A DNA stretch of 59,419 nt, the filler included, from Platydemus manokwari (Eukaryota): assembly GCA_037951405.1 (NCBI GenBank). It is 5 parts of 5 records of this genome, joined end to end, with 100 filler letters (N's around TTAATTAATTAA, not from the genome) between each part and the next. Parts side by side here need not be neighbours in the genome. Positions count along the whole stretch, not along the records: positions 1 to 15,769 come from JBBMOY011241429.1; 4 more parts are not named here. One strand, given 5' to 3'. The notes beneath the pieces were generated by a model. That model was given only the letters and a program-made list of their open reading frames with translations. It was not told where the DNA came from and did no database searches. The translations under genes were made by a program, and so were the position numbers. Positions 1 through 14,855 of the stretch are shown piece after piece; the first letter of the stretch is position 1, and each line of letters opens with the position of its first letter.

Positions 1-2244
1 TTATGCTTAATAATTTCTCTTACCCTTTGTGGAAATATTTTAAATTAATATTTCTTATAATATTTAACGCTTAATTCTTACAATTATGCTATATTTTAAT
101 TTATTTCGTTTGCTTTATTTTATTATTAATATCCTAAGGTCTGTCATGATATCCTTTATCTTTCTATTGTAATACTGCTTCATATTATTCTATATCCTAT
201 CAACAATCATATTACACTTTTACATTTCATTCGTACCAAAACATTAAATCAATCGTAATTTACAAAAAATAAAATAAAAAATGCTATGTATAGCCATGTA
301 AATAATTATTGTGAATAATTTATACGCTTAATCTTTTAGTAAATTCATATCAAGATATATTGATTTTCAATATTGGTTGGAATATTTGGTGTGTTGTAAA
401 ACTGTACAAGATGAATATGAAGCTAAGAACGGTTCGATATCCGATCCCGTGAAAACATAATCATGTGATTTTTGACTTTCTGAATAGTATCGATTTCGTT
501 GCTATCATATTGGATATTTGTGTTTTGGGGTACTAAACTCGGATTCCTTGGTTTGAAAAACGTGTTTTCGAAACTCATTTGATCCGCGTAATCCAAGATC
601 TGAGAACCTGTATTTTAATACAATCTTCCCGCTTCACCGATTTTGTTGGATGCAGTTCCGGATTCAAGATTTTTTAATATATTTCCAGAATTTCTTTAAT
701 ATTGTTGAAAATATCGCATTTATGACATTTGTAATATCATGACCACAAAGAAGGAGTTTCAAGATTCCAGTAATATCTTAAGATTTTAGTTTCCCTTGAT
801 GATTCCTTTGAAGCTATAATAATCAATTCACTTCTAAAGAGTAATTTGAAATGAGAATAATAATATTTCAATATTTCTTTCGATATTTTACGTACGATTT
901 TCCGTATGTTACTTGTGTTTAATTTTGAAATTAGCATTCTTTTTATATTATCCTTGTTTGGTCAGTGATGTCGAAAGAAGTCAATTAAGAAAAGTCTAAA
1001 TAAATAGAAGGTAAAATTGATAAGCACGACGAATTAATTGTTAATCAAACCAAAGTTTAAAATATTTAAGAAAGAGCTCCCTTGAATTGAAGAATAAGTA
1101 TTCTTCTGTTATACAATTTTTATTTATTTTTAATATATGATGGTATTTTAAAATTTCTATCATTGTTGTAGATTATAATTGGATAGTGTTTGCGTTGGTT
1201 TCTTCCATCAACTAAACAAAATGCGATTAAAAAGTCGTCATTCTCTTAATATGAATATTGTAACTTTAATTCAAACAATTTAATATTTTATCGTAGAGAA
1301 GTAAGTACTTTATGCAACATAAAGTTCGATTGAGTGATGTTAACTTCATAATGAAAATTAATTATTAATAAAGAGTGATTGAAATTTTGTTAGAACTACA
1401 TTGTCTTTAAAAGTAAAACTCTAAATATAAATAATAATTGCAGAAAAAATTATATATTTGAAACAGATATCCTGATTCGAAATTACTAGGTCGGTTTTGC
1501 TAATACTAATTGTATATCATGCTAATTTTAATATTTCTAATATGTTCCAGAAATCGTTTGGTGAGTGGTTAAACCATTTTTAAATAAATTTCACATAATG
1601 CAATATATTGTTTATCTTTGGTTATATTTGTGCTCTTTTATAATTATTCTACTGGTTTGACTAATATTTGTGAAATAAGAAATATTGACCAAAAATATTG
1701 ATACATTTTTCAAGCAGAATAAGTACAAACACTATTTGGCACACATACCAGTAGTCAATCCGATGCTTACTTATTAGCAAACAATGATAAGATTTTGATT
1801 TTCAATTGGTATATACATATAAAAAGCTTAGAACTTCAGAATGCACCCATGATATAAAGGCAATAAGGAATCTACCTACTAAATTTACGAGCAATATAAA
1901 AATAAGATAAAAAAACAAAATCAAAAACCGCAAACATTAAGTTGACATACAGATCTAAGTATATTAATTTAGGTAATTTAAAAGAAGACTTTCCAGACTT
2001 TTGTGGTCACTAAATCTTGTACCTGCTTATTTTTGCATGGTTATCTTTGAGGAGTATTAAGAATATTTTGTGTAGCGATTAATTATATTTTACTTATTTC
2101 TTTTTTGATGACAACACTGTTGTTGAGTGAGACGAAATCTTGCAAAAGAAAAACTCATTTGCACCTTGGAACCCCTGTTTTAGCATTTGTAATGCAGAGA
2201 AGATACCTAACTCACACGTATATGCGACACTAGATCACACTTTC

Positions 2245-3770
2245 CATGTGGATTAAGTTAAATAACAGATAAGTTGATGCAATTATTGACTCGGGATCAA
2301 ACATCATCATAATATCAAGAGATTTTCTAACACAAAAGAACTAAGAAAATGTAATTTGGGGAGAGGAAAATTTAAAAATAATGTCAGCGTCGATACCACA
2401 AATGATAGGGTGGATTGTGCTAAATATTGAAATGACAGGGAAAATAATACAACACATTGTAGTTAAAATGGAGGACTGTCCATTTAAATGTCTGTTAGGA
2501 ATGGGTATACTAGAACGACTAGGAAACAGCATTGTATTTTTATCAAGAAATCTTGTCGAAGACACTTCCGGCAAATGAATGCATAAATCTAATGAAGTGT
2601 ATTTAGACAATATATTGATTATAGCACCAGGTTCAGAGATCCTATACTATGCTAGCACATCCGAAACTGGAAAAATATGTTTATTATTTGAACCAAACCT
2701 TTAATTCATACAAAATATGAAATGCCAGTTTGTTATGAATTAGTATCGATATTGAATCAGAAGATTCCAGTTAGGTTACCTAACTTTGAAAATAGAATGA
2801 TTCAATAGAATGATTAAATTATGGTAATATAAAAATTGATAGCGAAATTATAATTGAAAATCAAAAATTGAAATTGAAATTACTAATTAAACAATATGGC
2901 TATATAATAGCAAAACAAGAATTTGGTATAGGTAGCATTCATGTAGTAGAACATGAAATACGATTATTACCTGATAAGAAAACATCCATAAGAATGAGAC
3001 CGTACCCAATATCGTACTCTCATTTAGAAGTGTGTAGAAGACAGTAGTAGAAAATGCTTGAGAATAAAATTATAAGACCCAGCTTTTCTTCGTTGTGATT
3101 CCTAGTTGTATTGGAATAAAGAAGGAAGGTAGCATCCGATGGTGTGTAAACTATTGTTAATTAAATACTGTCACCAGAAAAGATACATATCCATTATCAC
3201 TATTAAACTATTTGTGATGAAATAGGAAATTTGGTTTAACTGGAGCTTCTGTAATTTTTCATGTTGACGATATTATTTTTTCTAAAGATTTTGAAGAATG
3301 TTTTTTGAAATCTGTAAAAGATTAAAATTAGAGCTTCGTAATGCGAATGGGCCAAGTCAAAAGTCACATACATCGGTCATACTATTTCCAAAGAAGATTT
3401 AAAACTAAACCAAGCTCGGGTAGATAAAATACTAAAATTTTCAACTAGAACCAATGTAGATGAAGTCAGATCTTTCCTTGTTCTTAATTACTAATTACTA
3501 TAGAAAATTTAATCTAATTTTTTCACATATTGCTCATCCTATTAACACACTACAAAAGAAAATGCACTATTTCAATGGCAAAAACAGCAACAATAAACTT
3601 TTGAATTATTAAAACAAAAATGAACCACCAATCACGTATTGCGATTTCCAGTTATGAAGAAATCTTTTATTGTAATAACAGGTGCTGTATTTGGACAGGA
3701 AGATGATGGCAGATCATAATCCCTAAAATGGCTTATGAATCATAGAGATGTTGCTAGTAGATTAATTAGA
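2245..3770 (+). mobile_element. Decayed Gypsy/Ty3 LTR-retrotransposon pol (protease, RT, RNase H remnants)
   Basis: Hand translation across stops and frameshifts gives protease VDAIIDSGS...CLLGMGIL; RT VEHEIRL..RMRPYP..KMLENKIIRPS..GSIRWCVNY..LNTVTRKDTYPL, FHVDDII, VTYIGH, VDEVRSFL, NYYRKF; RNase H GAVFGQ and DHNPLKWL. Order is PR-RT-RH. Confidence 0.9.
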
Positions 3771-6700
3771 TCAGACTCGATTTCATATTCGATTGTGCAG
3801 GCGTTAGATAGTTGAAAAATAGATTATAATTTTTTTCTCTCAATTTCATTTCAAGGCACATTATCCCACTAGCTTAGGCTTAATATTTCTAGATGAACAT
3901 TAAAATATTAAAAAAAAAACAAAAATTTACCTTATATTGAGTACAGTCCAAACTTAGCGGCTTTCATTGTCTATTGTGACTCAAACCATTAAATTGAAAT
4001 CAAAATGGTAGAGACCGGAAATCGCGAATCTCCTTCGAAAAGCAATTAAATTATAGAAAAGAATATGAAAAGAAAAATGAATCGTAATTATAATTGATTG
4101 AACTGCATTGTACAACTTAAGGAAAAAGAAAAATATATCATATTCAGATACTCAAATGACTTCAATATTTAAAAGTGCAACAATTAATCTTTTTTATTGA
4201 TTTATTTGAAAATAAAAATGAAAACATATTCGGGAAAACTAAAGTTTTATTAAATATATAGTTTATGTTAAATAAATAAATTATTGATTATTCATCACTT
4301 GGTATATAATCCGTACTAAACTTCAATATTCGAAATTCCTTTGATGCCTTGTAGACTAGCCCTCTTGTTGTCTTGAGATTGTGAATTATTTATACTCCCA
4401 ATCATTAATGAACATGGTCATTTACAAAATTAAATTTTCTATTTCTTCGGTGAAATACAAATCTTATCATTAGATATTAATTGATTATTATCTTTAAAGG
4501 TTAGAATTTAAATTTATTTTATTTGGTTTTAATATACTTTTTTGTTCATAATGTTTACTTTTTTAATATTTTCGAAGCTAAATATTTTATTCAAACTACA
4601 TATTTTTATAGTTAATTATTCAAAATGTTGGAATTCCTCAGGTTTTTATAGACGTCGTTAAAGTGCTTTATCTGCTTTAGAAAATATACAGGCAATGTGA
4701 TCATTCTTGCCAACTGCATTTCCTTAGTTTGATTAAATTTTCTCGCATACTGCATTGTGGGCCTTTCTGATTCTGCGAAAAACAGAACTTCGTTTTTTTA
4801 ATTATCTCGTGTCACTTAAATCTTATTGTTTGTTTCTCTCACTATTTTACATATATACATGTTGAATAAAAAATAGTTTTATTTAAGAATTTTTTTCGAA
4901 ATAAGAGAGTAAAGAACCGAAAATATTAAATATAATAAAACTATTGTTATTGTTTATTCAACATTTATATATGTAAAAGTGTATATATATATATGTGTGT
5001 GTATGTTTGTAATTGGTCAAATTAGATGTTATGAAAAACAAAGCCTTGTCCTTGAAACAATACTAGGATACCAACACAAAATTCATTCTGGATGTTACTA
5101 CTAAGCCAAATAGTTATTTGATTACTTCCGAATATTTTTTGCTCAGGATATTGTTATTATGGCCTCCTTTCAATTTTATCATATTTGTTATTATAATTAT
5201 CACTATTGGCATATTTAGGCGTTGTTCATGACTTAATAAATCTCCACAGTTCTGATAGCTCATGGGTAATAATAAACCTTCATTTTTGTTGATAGTTCGC
5301 CTCGATCGTTTCTAATGCTCGTGCAAAAGCAAGGATAGCAGTACTGAACAATGTGTTAATTAATAATCGATATTTTAATCTTATAAACAGGTTTCTAAAT
5401 TATTTCTCACTTATCCTACAGCAACGGTATATATGCTGTACGCTAACTCATTGATTCCTTTATTTAATTTTATATCTTTATCAAAAGGTGGTAAATTTAT
5501 GAAGCTGATATCAAAGTAATATGATTCTCTATTCCATCCTTAAATTGTATCAACTGAGCAAAAGCTTTTATGCCAAACGTTTATTATTTTAACTTTATGC
5601 TTACGTAGAATTTTACAGTATATACCAAAATATCGGTATAATTTGTCCAACAATTCAAGAATACTGTTAATAAACTCATGAAGAGAATAAAGCAGTTTAA
5701 CGCAAGGAATTTGAGCACTGTTCGATAAGAAATGAGAATATGTGTCCGCATTGAATATCGATTTTGTAACAAACGTATCTAACTATCTCATGCTATCCTT
5801 TTGATGTCCCCTTGGTATGAGTTGGAATCGGTTACCTTTAGTATGCATACTGGGCATATAAAACATCCTGTGGTTTAACACTTAATGATGACTCATGGTT
5901 GAATTTGGAGCAATAGTTTTTCAAAATTATGGGCTAGTTGTTTTGAAATAACATGCACGTTATTTGAAATTATTCAAGTCTATATGAATTTTATTCATAT
6001 GCAAAATGCGGATTTTGTTAAAATTATATGTTATTTCCTTTTATTATTTATTATAAATGCATTTTATGGTTTTCTAGGAAATAATCTTTATTATATTTCT
6101 TTAGTTGAAACTCGGTTAAGTTTCTAAGCTGGTTCAATTATCCGTATTTATTCACTTATCTGGGTTAATTAAGTAAAATGTCAGAAGGAAATAAAGGGAA
6201 TACAATATTTTGATTTTTTCGGCCTTTATTGCTGTTCATATATTTTATATTTTGTTTTTTTAAAAAATTATTTTATATAAATATTATCCAAAAATATACG
6301 TTATTTATAAATAACCAGTATTCTCGAGAAAATATATTCAATATTTTTTCTTAATTATCTTTATAAAATATTTCATATGACTTGTCAATACTTATTCTCA
6401 AAAATACACTCAATTTACACAAAATTATCAAAATAATACATGATTGTTTTCATATTACAACAATTGTTCTTTCTCTAAAAATTATTTCAAACATTATTCA
6501 CATAGACATCCTGAGTTATTTTCAATGTTGCAGGTACAGAAAATATTTGTACATTGATTTTCTATGTTTTATACAATGCAGTATTTTACGGTACTCTACA
6601 GTTGATTGGTTACACAAGCATATGAATAGCATTTATAATTAAGATCCATGGTTATCTTTTCTGGTTTGCTAGTCGAAATAGTATATATATATATATTTCT

Positions 6701-9700
6701 GCAAGTAGCATTTGTGGGTATGGTTTAATGGATTATTTTAACTTGACCTTTCCAATTTTTCCTCATTTTACTACTTTTAATAAACAGATAATAAAATATA
6801 AATTCCATTAAATAACTAATTTACTTTGGCTGTTTATTAATATTTAATAATATTTTTCATATTTTTAAGTCTCATCATCTTAACTTAAATTATTAATGAT
6901 GAGACAATAAAATTAAAAATAACTAAAAGACAAAGAAAATTAACGAATTAATTTAGAAAACCTGAAAAATGTTATTTGATCATTTCATATTGCCATTTAA
7001 TATAAAAGATTAATTTTAAATAATACAAAATTGCTTTTGAATAAAATAAATTTTTAATCAAAAAATTGTGGCTCAAATAAACAAAAAATTGCTTTAACAA
7101 GAATTTAATGAAACAAAATTAATAAATGATCATTTTAATTAAATAGAAACCAATGTGGAATTATTTTAAATTTCTGTTATGTACGTCAGTAAGTGTGCAT
7201 TGGGGAAAATAATATGTATAAATTGATTGTAACGTTCACAAAAGCTCCGGTAGTTTAGAAAATTATTCATTGTAGTGTACAGCGAATTTAAAAGAAAAGT
7301 ATCTGCGGTAGGCATACAACCAGGAGATTATTCTGCGTTGATATTGCAAGATCATATCTACGAATTGTCTTATTTTTCTTTAAATTACCATGCGACTATA
7401 ACTCTTTTTATCGGAATGTTATCTCTTATAACCAGAAATAAAGTATTAAAAGACTATTCAGCTCAGTGAACTAAAGGTTATTTTAAAGCTGAAGATGTAA
7501 TCCGGCATTAATAATTATTTATATACTTTTAGGTTTGCGTAATTAATTGATATATTTGATTACAAATAATTTATTTTGTTTTACGTTATTGATTAATTTT
7601 CCTATTTTTTACTTATTAAATTTTTATTTTACGATTATTTGTTGATAATCTATTTTATTCGACATAGCATTTATTAATGATTGTGAATGACATGGTGAAA
7701 CATATGCCAATGGATTTTTCAGTTTGAAAACTTCATATATGACATCATATATGAAAAATTAATTAATATCTATAGTATTAAACAGATTTTTAAAATTAAA
7801 AATTAAGTTTTTCTAATTAATTAAGAAGTCGTTAACCTTTACATTTATGATACGAATATTGAGTCTAAACTTGCTGTGATGAAATCTATGTGAGAGTTAT
7901 ATTAAAACGTATTCATTCTCCTGTTTAGAGATTTTTTAAATTCAAAATTTGTACTGGTTGTCTGTTTAGTATTTTATAGTTATATCTTCATTGGTTCACC
8001 TATTTTATTATTTTGCTATATATAGATGAATATTTTTTTATTAACAAATCTTTTTCTCTTACCTATTTATTTTTTCCGAATATAGGTTTATTAAGTTTAT
8101 CTAAAATTTGAAAATCATATGCATAATTCATTTTATTTCAATTTATTTTTCACTTTAATATTTACATTTATTGGTGTGTTATTATTTATCAAAGAATATT
8201 TTTTGCGAATGTCTATTTCTGTGCTACTTTATTTTATTTATTCTGAATAATAAAATATATAATTTTTATATCTTTTGTTGTGTTGGGTTTCTACATGTTA
8301 TTGAGAAAATAACGGCAACTTATAATTAATATTAAGTGCGGAGAGATACGACTACAAATAATACCTGAAACCTTTATTAAACTCTTTGAATTCGAACACA
8401 TGCATAGATCCACAGTCATGCGAACACGTAAATGCTAACAATTTTCAAATGTTCAAGAATGCACCATACAATCCAAAACATTCAATATGTGAAATACCAA
8501 TAAAATTTATTGTGTAACTTAGTTTTCATTAAAAATTTACTCTTTGCACTGTAATGAGTACCAGGAAATATGTCTTATTATACGGCTGCTGATACTTTGT
8601 TATTATTTGATCAGTGATAATTGATCAATAACTGACTTCCATATCTATGATTTCCTTGTTAAAATAGAATATCATTTGTTAAATGTTTAATTGACTAAGA
8701 TGTGAAATTGTGTAATTAATCAAAATCAATAACTCAAATTGCACTCAATTAAATACGATCAAATCAAGCATTGGTTCAAACTTACTCAAGAAGAAATAAA
8801 AACAAATGACAAGATCACAGTGACTTTAAATCGCGAAGAAAGTACATGTAGCAAGTTACTAATCATAAAAGACTAGCGATTTCTGACAAGAGCTCATTCG
8901 TTGCATGGAGTTAATTTGGGTATTTTGATTGATGTCATGTGCATTGATTTTTATTTATCCAAAGTTTCTTAATATTATTTGATAGTTTTTAATGGAATCT
9001 TTTCTTCATATTTTATTGCCTTTGGCTCATCTGATAGTTCGTTATTTTCTGTTGGCATGTCTCGAATGTAATCCAGCAAGAGAGTGCTGATTTGATAATT
9101 CCGGGGTTTTGCGCTATAATTTCGAGTCGTTTTTGAGGGATAATTAATTATTTAATTTATTTCAAACGACGAGGTAATAAAAATTGATAAATTGATTGTA
9201 ACATTGTAAATCCATGACAAAAAATATAACGATAGACATAGTTAAACTTGGTCAATCTCACTTGCTTAAAATCACCATAATTGAAAATCCATTCATTATT
9301 TACTATAGACTACGAATAACTCGCCCCATCTAATATCACTAAAAATTTATAAATTTCGTTTTTGAAATCTTTAATGTCACTGTCACTTATGCAATGAAAT
9401 CTGATTATCCAAATTAATGGAAAAAGGATATTGCATGAGTTGGAAAAAGTTATACGTTTAATTTAAAACAAACATATTTTGTAAATATTGCTCGTTTTAT
9501 TTTAGCATGACATGAAACAATTCTAGTTATAGGTGAATCTAAGATGTCTCGTTGATTGTGTTTAGTTAATAACTGAATTTGATCATTTTTAAATTAATTT
9601 TTGTTTAATAAATTATTTAAGCAAGTTAATAATCTTTCTTTTTTCTGTAATATATTAGGTGATATTAATAGAAATCAATTTGTAATAACGATTTCTAAAA

Positions 9701-10128
9701 CAATCGAAATGAACAATTTTGATCGATTCACCATTTTTTTTATTATTGTATCAATATATTTCATATCATCTGGGATTAAAATTTTCAAAAATTAATTTTT
9801 CTATAGTTTAACGATTATTTGTATTTTTTAACTTTTATCATTTCAGCAAAATTTAAAATTGAATCATGTTTTAATTTTTCAAAATTTCATTCACCTAAAT
9901 ATAATATATCGTTTTGATAAATCATTATTTCAAAAATATTCTTTAATTATTTATTACTGTAATGCTAGCAGACTCTTAAAAAGCATGAATATTATATTTC
10001 ATTGTGTTATTAAAACAAACCGGATACTAGAAAACCGATAAATTTATTTCATTAATTTTTTAATACAATATCCGACAATAACAATTTAAGACTAGTTTTA
10101 TTTATAAACATTCAATATTTCCAAAAAA

Positions 10129-12141
10129 ATGTTTTGTTCAATTATCAAGAATAAAAATTGCGGAATGTTGTAAGTATTTCCTGCAAATGTAGTCAAGATT
10201 AAATAATCGATACGGTAATAAAAACATATTTAAAAAATATCCTAAAACAACTCTATTTTAAAACTAGGTTTCAAAGAATGATAAATTGCGTTAAACGTGG
10301 CAATCATTATTATTATAATTCTATATTAAATAATTCCAAATTGGCTTTTTATAATGAAATTGCTAAAAAATGTCGAAATGAAACATCAGACAAAATTGCC
10401 ACAGCACCCATTGCGAGTAGTAATATTCGGATTTATAAATGCGAAGTGCGCATATTTGACCAAATTATGAAAACGTATGAATTCAATGTAAGTTCATATT
10501 TTTTCTTTGAATACTTATAATTAATATTTCACAGAGTTTATACAATGGATTAGATTTAATTAATAAAATCTGTAAAGATTTAAATATAATCGAACAGAGA
10601 TTTTTCGGTTTGCAATATCTTTCAAAATGTGAAGGTAATAAACGATGGTTGAAACCAGATGAAAATATTGTCAAAATTATGAGTAACATTTCATTATATT
10701 TTTATTTTGTATTTATCTTTAATTATCTCTTCAGAACGAATAAACAATATCGTTTTCATTTTCAAGTTCCAGTTTTACCCTCCCAGTTTCTATAATATTA
10801 CGGATTTCATGACAATGTATTACTTGGTCGAGCAATTGAAAAGTAATATATTAGGGGAAAAGTAAGGAAATTAAAATTTTGTGATTTTATTATTTGGAAT
10901 TCGTTTAAACAACAAATAATTATAATTTAATTAACTGTTATTCATTACGAGTTTTGCGGTTATTTATTAACGTTTATTTAATTTTTAGAGTCAAATGTAC
11001 GATGGGTATGAAAATTCTTCTTGCAGCAAAACAATGCCAGGAACAATTCGAAAATTTCCTAATCGATGATTTTACGATAGAAAATGTTTTATATCCGGAA
11101 ATTATTCTCGATCAAGATTTGAAAAATGAATTTTATCACCAATATCTAATTTTCTGGTAAAAATTTCATTTATATTTATGTATTTGTTTATAAATCGATT
11201 TCCTTTAGTTCGTGGACCGTTTTGCAAGGAGATAAGATTTTTATCGAAGACAATATCCGACAGCCAAATTACGGAATGGAGCTCTATCATTCAATGGTAA
11301 TCCGATTGATATTTTATTTATCATTAATTTACAAATCGATTTTATTTCTTGTAGGCAATGAAAAACATTGGCATTTCACCACAGGGGATTTCACGATATA
11401 AAATTGATCTTAGATACCGAATATGCGATTGGGATCATTTCATTGGCTGTTCAAGCAAGATGGGATATCTTGTCATCAAATTCTACAACAATTTTAGAGA
11501 ACAAAGAATTAAAAAATTCAAATCTTCTGACAAAGAATTTCTATTGGATCTCATTAGAACCAATGAATGTGCTTACAAGTTGGTGAATATAATGGAATAT
11601 TGATTGATTTGATTGATATATTTTAGATTGCTTTATAAGATGCTGGAACGCCACAGTTCGCCATTAGACGCTAAAATGAATGTAAGTTCAATATTCTATT
11701 ATTGCATTTTATATAATCTTAGAATGAATAAAAAACACTTAACTATTGTAAAATAATTAAGCAAATATTTAGTAATTTATAAATAAAAACTTACTTGTAA
11801 TAAAGTTAAAGTAATATTTGCAATGATATATATTATGAAATTTAGCTGCTATAATAATTTTATATTGATTGATTGTATTGATTATATTGAAATATGAATG
11901 AATTATCATTTCATTCCAGAATGAAGAATATATCAAAGAAAAACCACCGGTTCCTCAAAAGAGGTTTGTCACATCCCATACGATGATAAATTCGACATAT
12001 AATCATAGTCGAATGAATTCACATATGTCAACACATGTTTGTTCCAGTGTAAAATCAAAGAATTCTGAAAGTGATGCCGGTCAATACACTAATAATGAAT
12101 TAGACATTGTTGATGACCAAGTTTATGAATGTGACGATTGA
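10129..12141 (+). CDS. Divergent FERM-domain (band 4.1 family) protein, about 430 aa, 9 exons
   Basis: Exons 10129-10169, 10268-10487, 10535-10682, 10735-10861, 10989-11156, 11209-11296, 11355-11578, 11627-11681, 11920-12141, all GT-AG, total 1293 nt, open. FERM motifs: CEVRIFD, GLDLINKICKDLNIIEQRFFGLQY, RWLKP, FKFQFYPP, YYLVEQLKSNI, NYGMELYH, IGISPQG, YKLLYKMLERH. Confidence 0.85.
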
Positions 12142-12892
12142 TGAAAGTTAAAAAAAAATGAAAACGTTATGGTGTTTTGTAAATAAAAATCAGTAAAGCA
12201 TTGGTTATAATATTCGTGAAATATCAATATATAATGTCAAAAAATAATGTTTGAGCTGGTATTCTTTAGATATTTGTTGAGTCTTTACTAGATGATAAAT
12301 ATATACATAATTTGTAGTTCTATGTGATTATCCACTTCGGTATTCACTATAAATATTTATTAAGACTTGACAATTTAGAAAAAACGCAGTATATCATGTT
12401 ACCCTTGCTAATTGTCAAAAATAAAATTGAATTGAATTCCACAAATAATGGACCTACCCATTTAGAAACTATTCTCGGTGTTATAATACCACACCGTATG
12501 TTACATAATATTTTACAAAGTTACTGTACGAATAGATACAGTACAGTAATCTTTAACGTTTATATTTAGTGCCCTAAATGATATATGAGTGATCATTAAG
12601 CTCACATTCTTAATCCTGATTTACTGTAATGTTAGAATTCGCTATTTTTTCTTTCATTATATATTAGTAGGGCCTGAATTACCTTGATGTGTATAGTGAC
12701 TTGTGTTTCTAAAATTGTTAATTTGTTTCAAGTACTTTGAAATTTGCAATTTTATTGTTTCATTTTCACATATTCACTTAAATGTCTCACTAGGTTAGCA
12801 TTTAATAATCTTAACACATTGACCAACAGAAGGAACAAATGAAGTTCGAAATTTAATACTATATGTGCGTACTTAAGCTGCAAATCGTGTAA

Positions 12893-12910
12893 TAGGGTTA
12901 GGGTTAGGGT
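12893..12910 (+). repeat. Short interstitial telomere-like (TTAGGG) tract at the edge of a GC-richer repeat fragment
   Basis: TAGGGTTAGGGTTAGGGT read directly. Confidence 0.6.
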
Positions 12911-13119
12911 GGAAAACAAAAAGTCAATCGAAAGAATCGTTTCCAAAACATGACACTAGTCTTCTATTTGAACGCCAGCAAATGTACATTTGTACCGCTA
13001 TAACCGCATTGTCCAAAAAAGCCTGTTTCGTTTTAGACGCCTATTGCCGTCATGCCACATAGTGAACTGCGCTTTGACGGTTATAAACGCAAGTGTCCGT
13101 TAACGTGTTAAGTGAATCT

Positions 13120-13355
13120 TAGATGGGTATTAGTTATGACTTTGCATCCCAATTATCAACACCACATCCCACGGTTCTACACAAATCACACACAGTCGAT
13201 GAGCTTAAAAGGCCGACCTCGTTCATAAAACCGAGATAACCAATCGCACCAGTTAAACCAAACCCAATTAAACTAAATCAAAAATGTGAAACATGGGGTA
13301 TGAGAAACTGGAGTGTGGATCTGGACGTCTGATAGTCAACAAGAATATCAAGGGT
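13120..13355 (+). mobile_element. Decayed coding fragment of an unidentified dispersed element (homologous to 49590-49690)
   Basis: Aligns by eye with 49590-49690 with many third-position differences (PIKLNQKCETWGMRNWSVDLDV vs PIKTNPK*ETWGM*NCRVDLDA). Confidence 0.6.
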
Positions 13356-13965
13356 ACTGCTCCATATTCATTCATTCGATTCGTTCAACAATCCATAATC
13401 TACTCAAATTTTCATTTTAAAATTTATTGTGATCTGATAACTTTGACATTGGATTTTATTGTGACAATTGATAATAACTTTTTATGAATTTATTTGTAAA
13501 AGTCTGATTATTTTTATTTGAACATGAATTTGTAAATACCTGATTATTTTTAAACTATATACCTTATTATTATTATATTTCAATAAAATATAATATTATT
13601 TATAAATAAAATAATTATAATCAGAAATAAGAAAGAAATTTAATTAATAATTTTAAAGGTTGAAAAATTATATAGTAAAACTTATAATGTCAACCAAGTT
13701 ATTACATTTTAAGGTTAAGGTACTCTTAAAATCATTAAGAGACAAAGTAATAGAAAATGTTTAAAATTTACAAAAGTGATGGAAAATCCTAAGTAAAAAG
13801 TACCGAATGCCAGCATCTATATAAGCTGACGGATTTCCATCACAATTCATCCTTAAAATTTAGAATTGAAAATTCTAGCTGTAGATTTCAGCTTAGCAAA
13901 TTTTTACTCTCTCTGAAATTTCATTGAAAAGAAACTTATGGTAAACAATCAACAAAATAATATTT

Positions 13966-14010
<45 letters not shown>

Positions 14011-14295
14011 CCAAATTCTTGCTATTCTGAACGATCTTACCTTAGGAATTAATATGATAAAAAATATATATTAAATTTCATATGACATGACAATAAGTTC
14101 TTACGTTCTAGGCGAGGTCACTTCACCCATTTATTATAAAAAATTTAGTGAGTTAAATTTGGTTTGAGTTAATTTATTACATAATCAATTTATAATATTA
14201 TAAATAAAAGTTGTTATTTAATTGTTGATTATTTAATTTGATAAATCATTTTAAAAATTAATATTGAAGAACTTACGCTGTTGAGTTGGACATAA

Positions 14296-14855
14296 TGTTG
14301 GGTATATCACAAATCAGTTAAAAGGGTTCCAAGAACCAAGGTAAACCCTTAAAAATGGTCAATACATACAAAGCCGAAAAACACACTTGCTTTAAACCAA
14401 TCAGATTCGTTCTAATTTTAATCCATATTTAGAAGCTAAGAATCGACATGCACATACCTACAAACGGCAGTAAGCTGAAATATCCGGCAATTATATGAGA
14501 GATATAAGAAAAATCACAAATAAATCGATCCACAAACAAATTCAGTGAATTGAAAACAAAGATATGCGAAATCAAGCAGACACACGCAATGTGTCTATAA
14601 AAGAGGTTAAATTCCATGGATTCTTGCCAGTCTATTTTTGGTCGGTAACTTTATTGCTTAGCTTATGTGTGATTTCAGTAATCAGTCGTTTTGATTGCCT
14701 TTCATTCTGTTTTTGACTTTTGGGTGCTGATCCCATCTTGAATGATTTTCTTTGTGAATTTCGTAAATATTTTTTATTGTTATTATTGAGACTTTGAGTG
14801 TGTTATTTTCGTTAATATAGATTTTCAGATTCAAATTGTTGTTAATAACCCAACA
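14296..14855 (+). mobile_element. Probable solo LTR
   Basis: 560 bp bounded by inverted termini TGTTGGGT...ACCCAACA (TG..CA). Internal TATAAAAG near 14597 followed by a T-rich tract. Flanks ATAA/ATAT resemble a 4-bp target-site duplication with one mismatch. Confidence 0.65.

Noticed and set aside
370-9170. Coding-like patches at about 380-940, 5230-5950, 6450-6680, 7150-7510 and 8300-9130
   Set aside because: All interrupted by stops and none gave a motif I could assign; probably old repeat or pseudogene debris.
10735-10795. Apparent frameshift in the FERM gene (ORF track reads FHFQVPVLP*)
   Set aside because: With the correct phase-1 junction the exon reads KRINNIVFIFKFQFYPP and stays open.
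13968-14004. (AAT)n tracts, also near 46144-46176, and the poly-Ile tail in ORF 46123-46308
   Set aside because: Ordinary microsatellites; the poly-Ile is intronic read-through past the spectrin donor.
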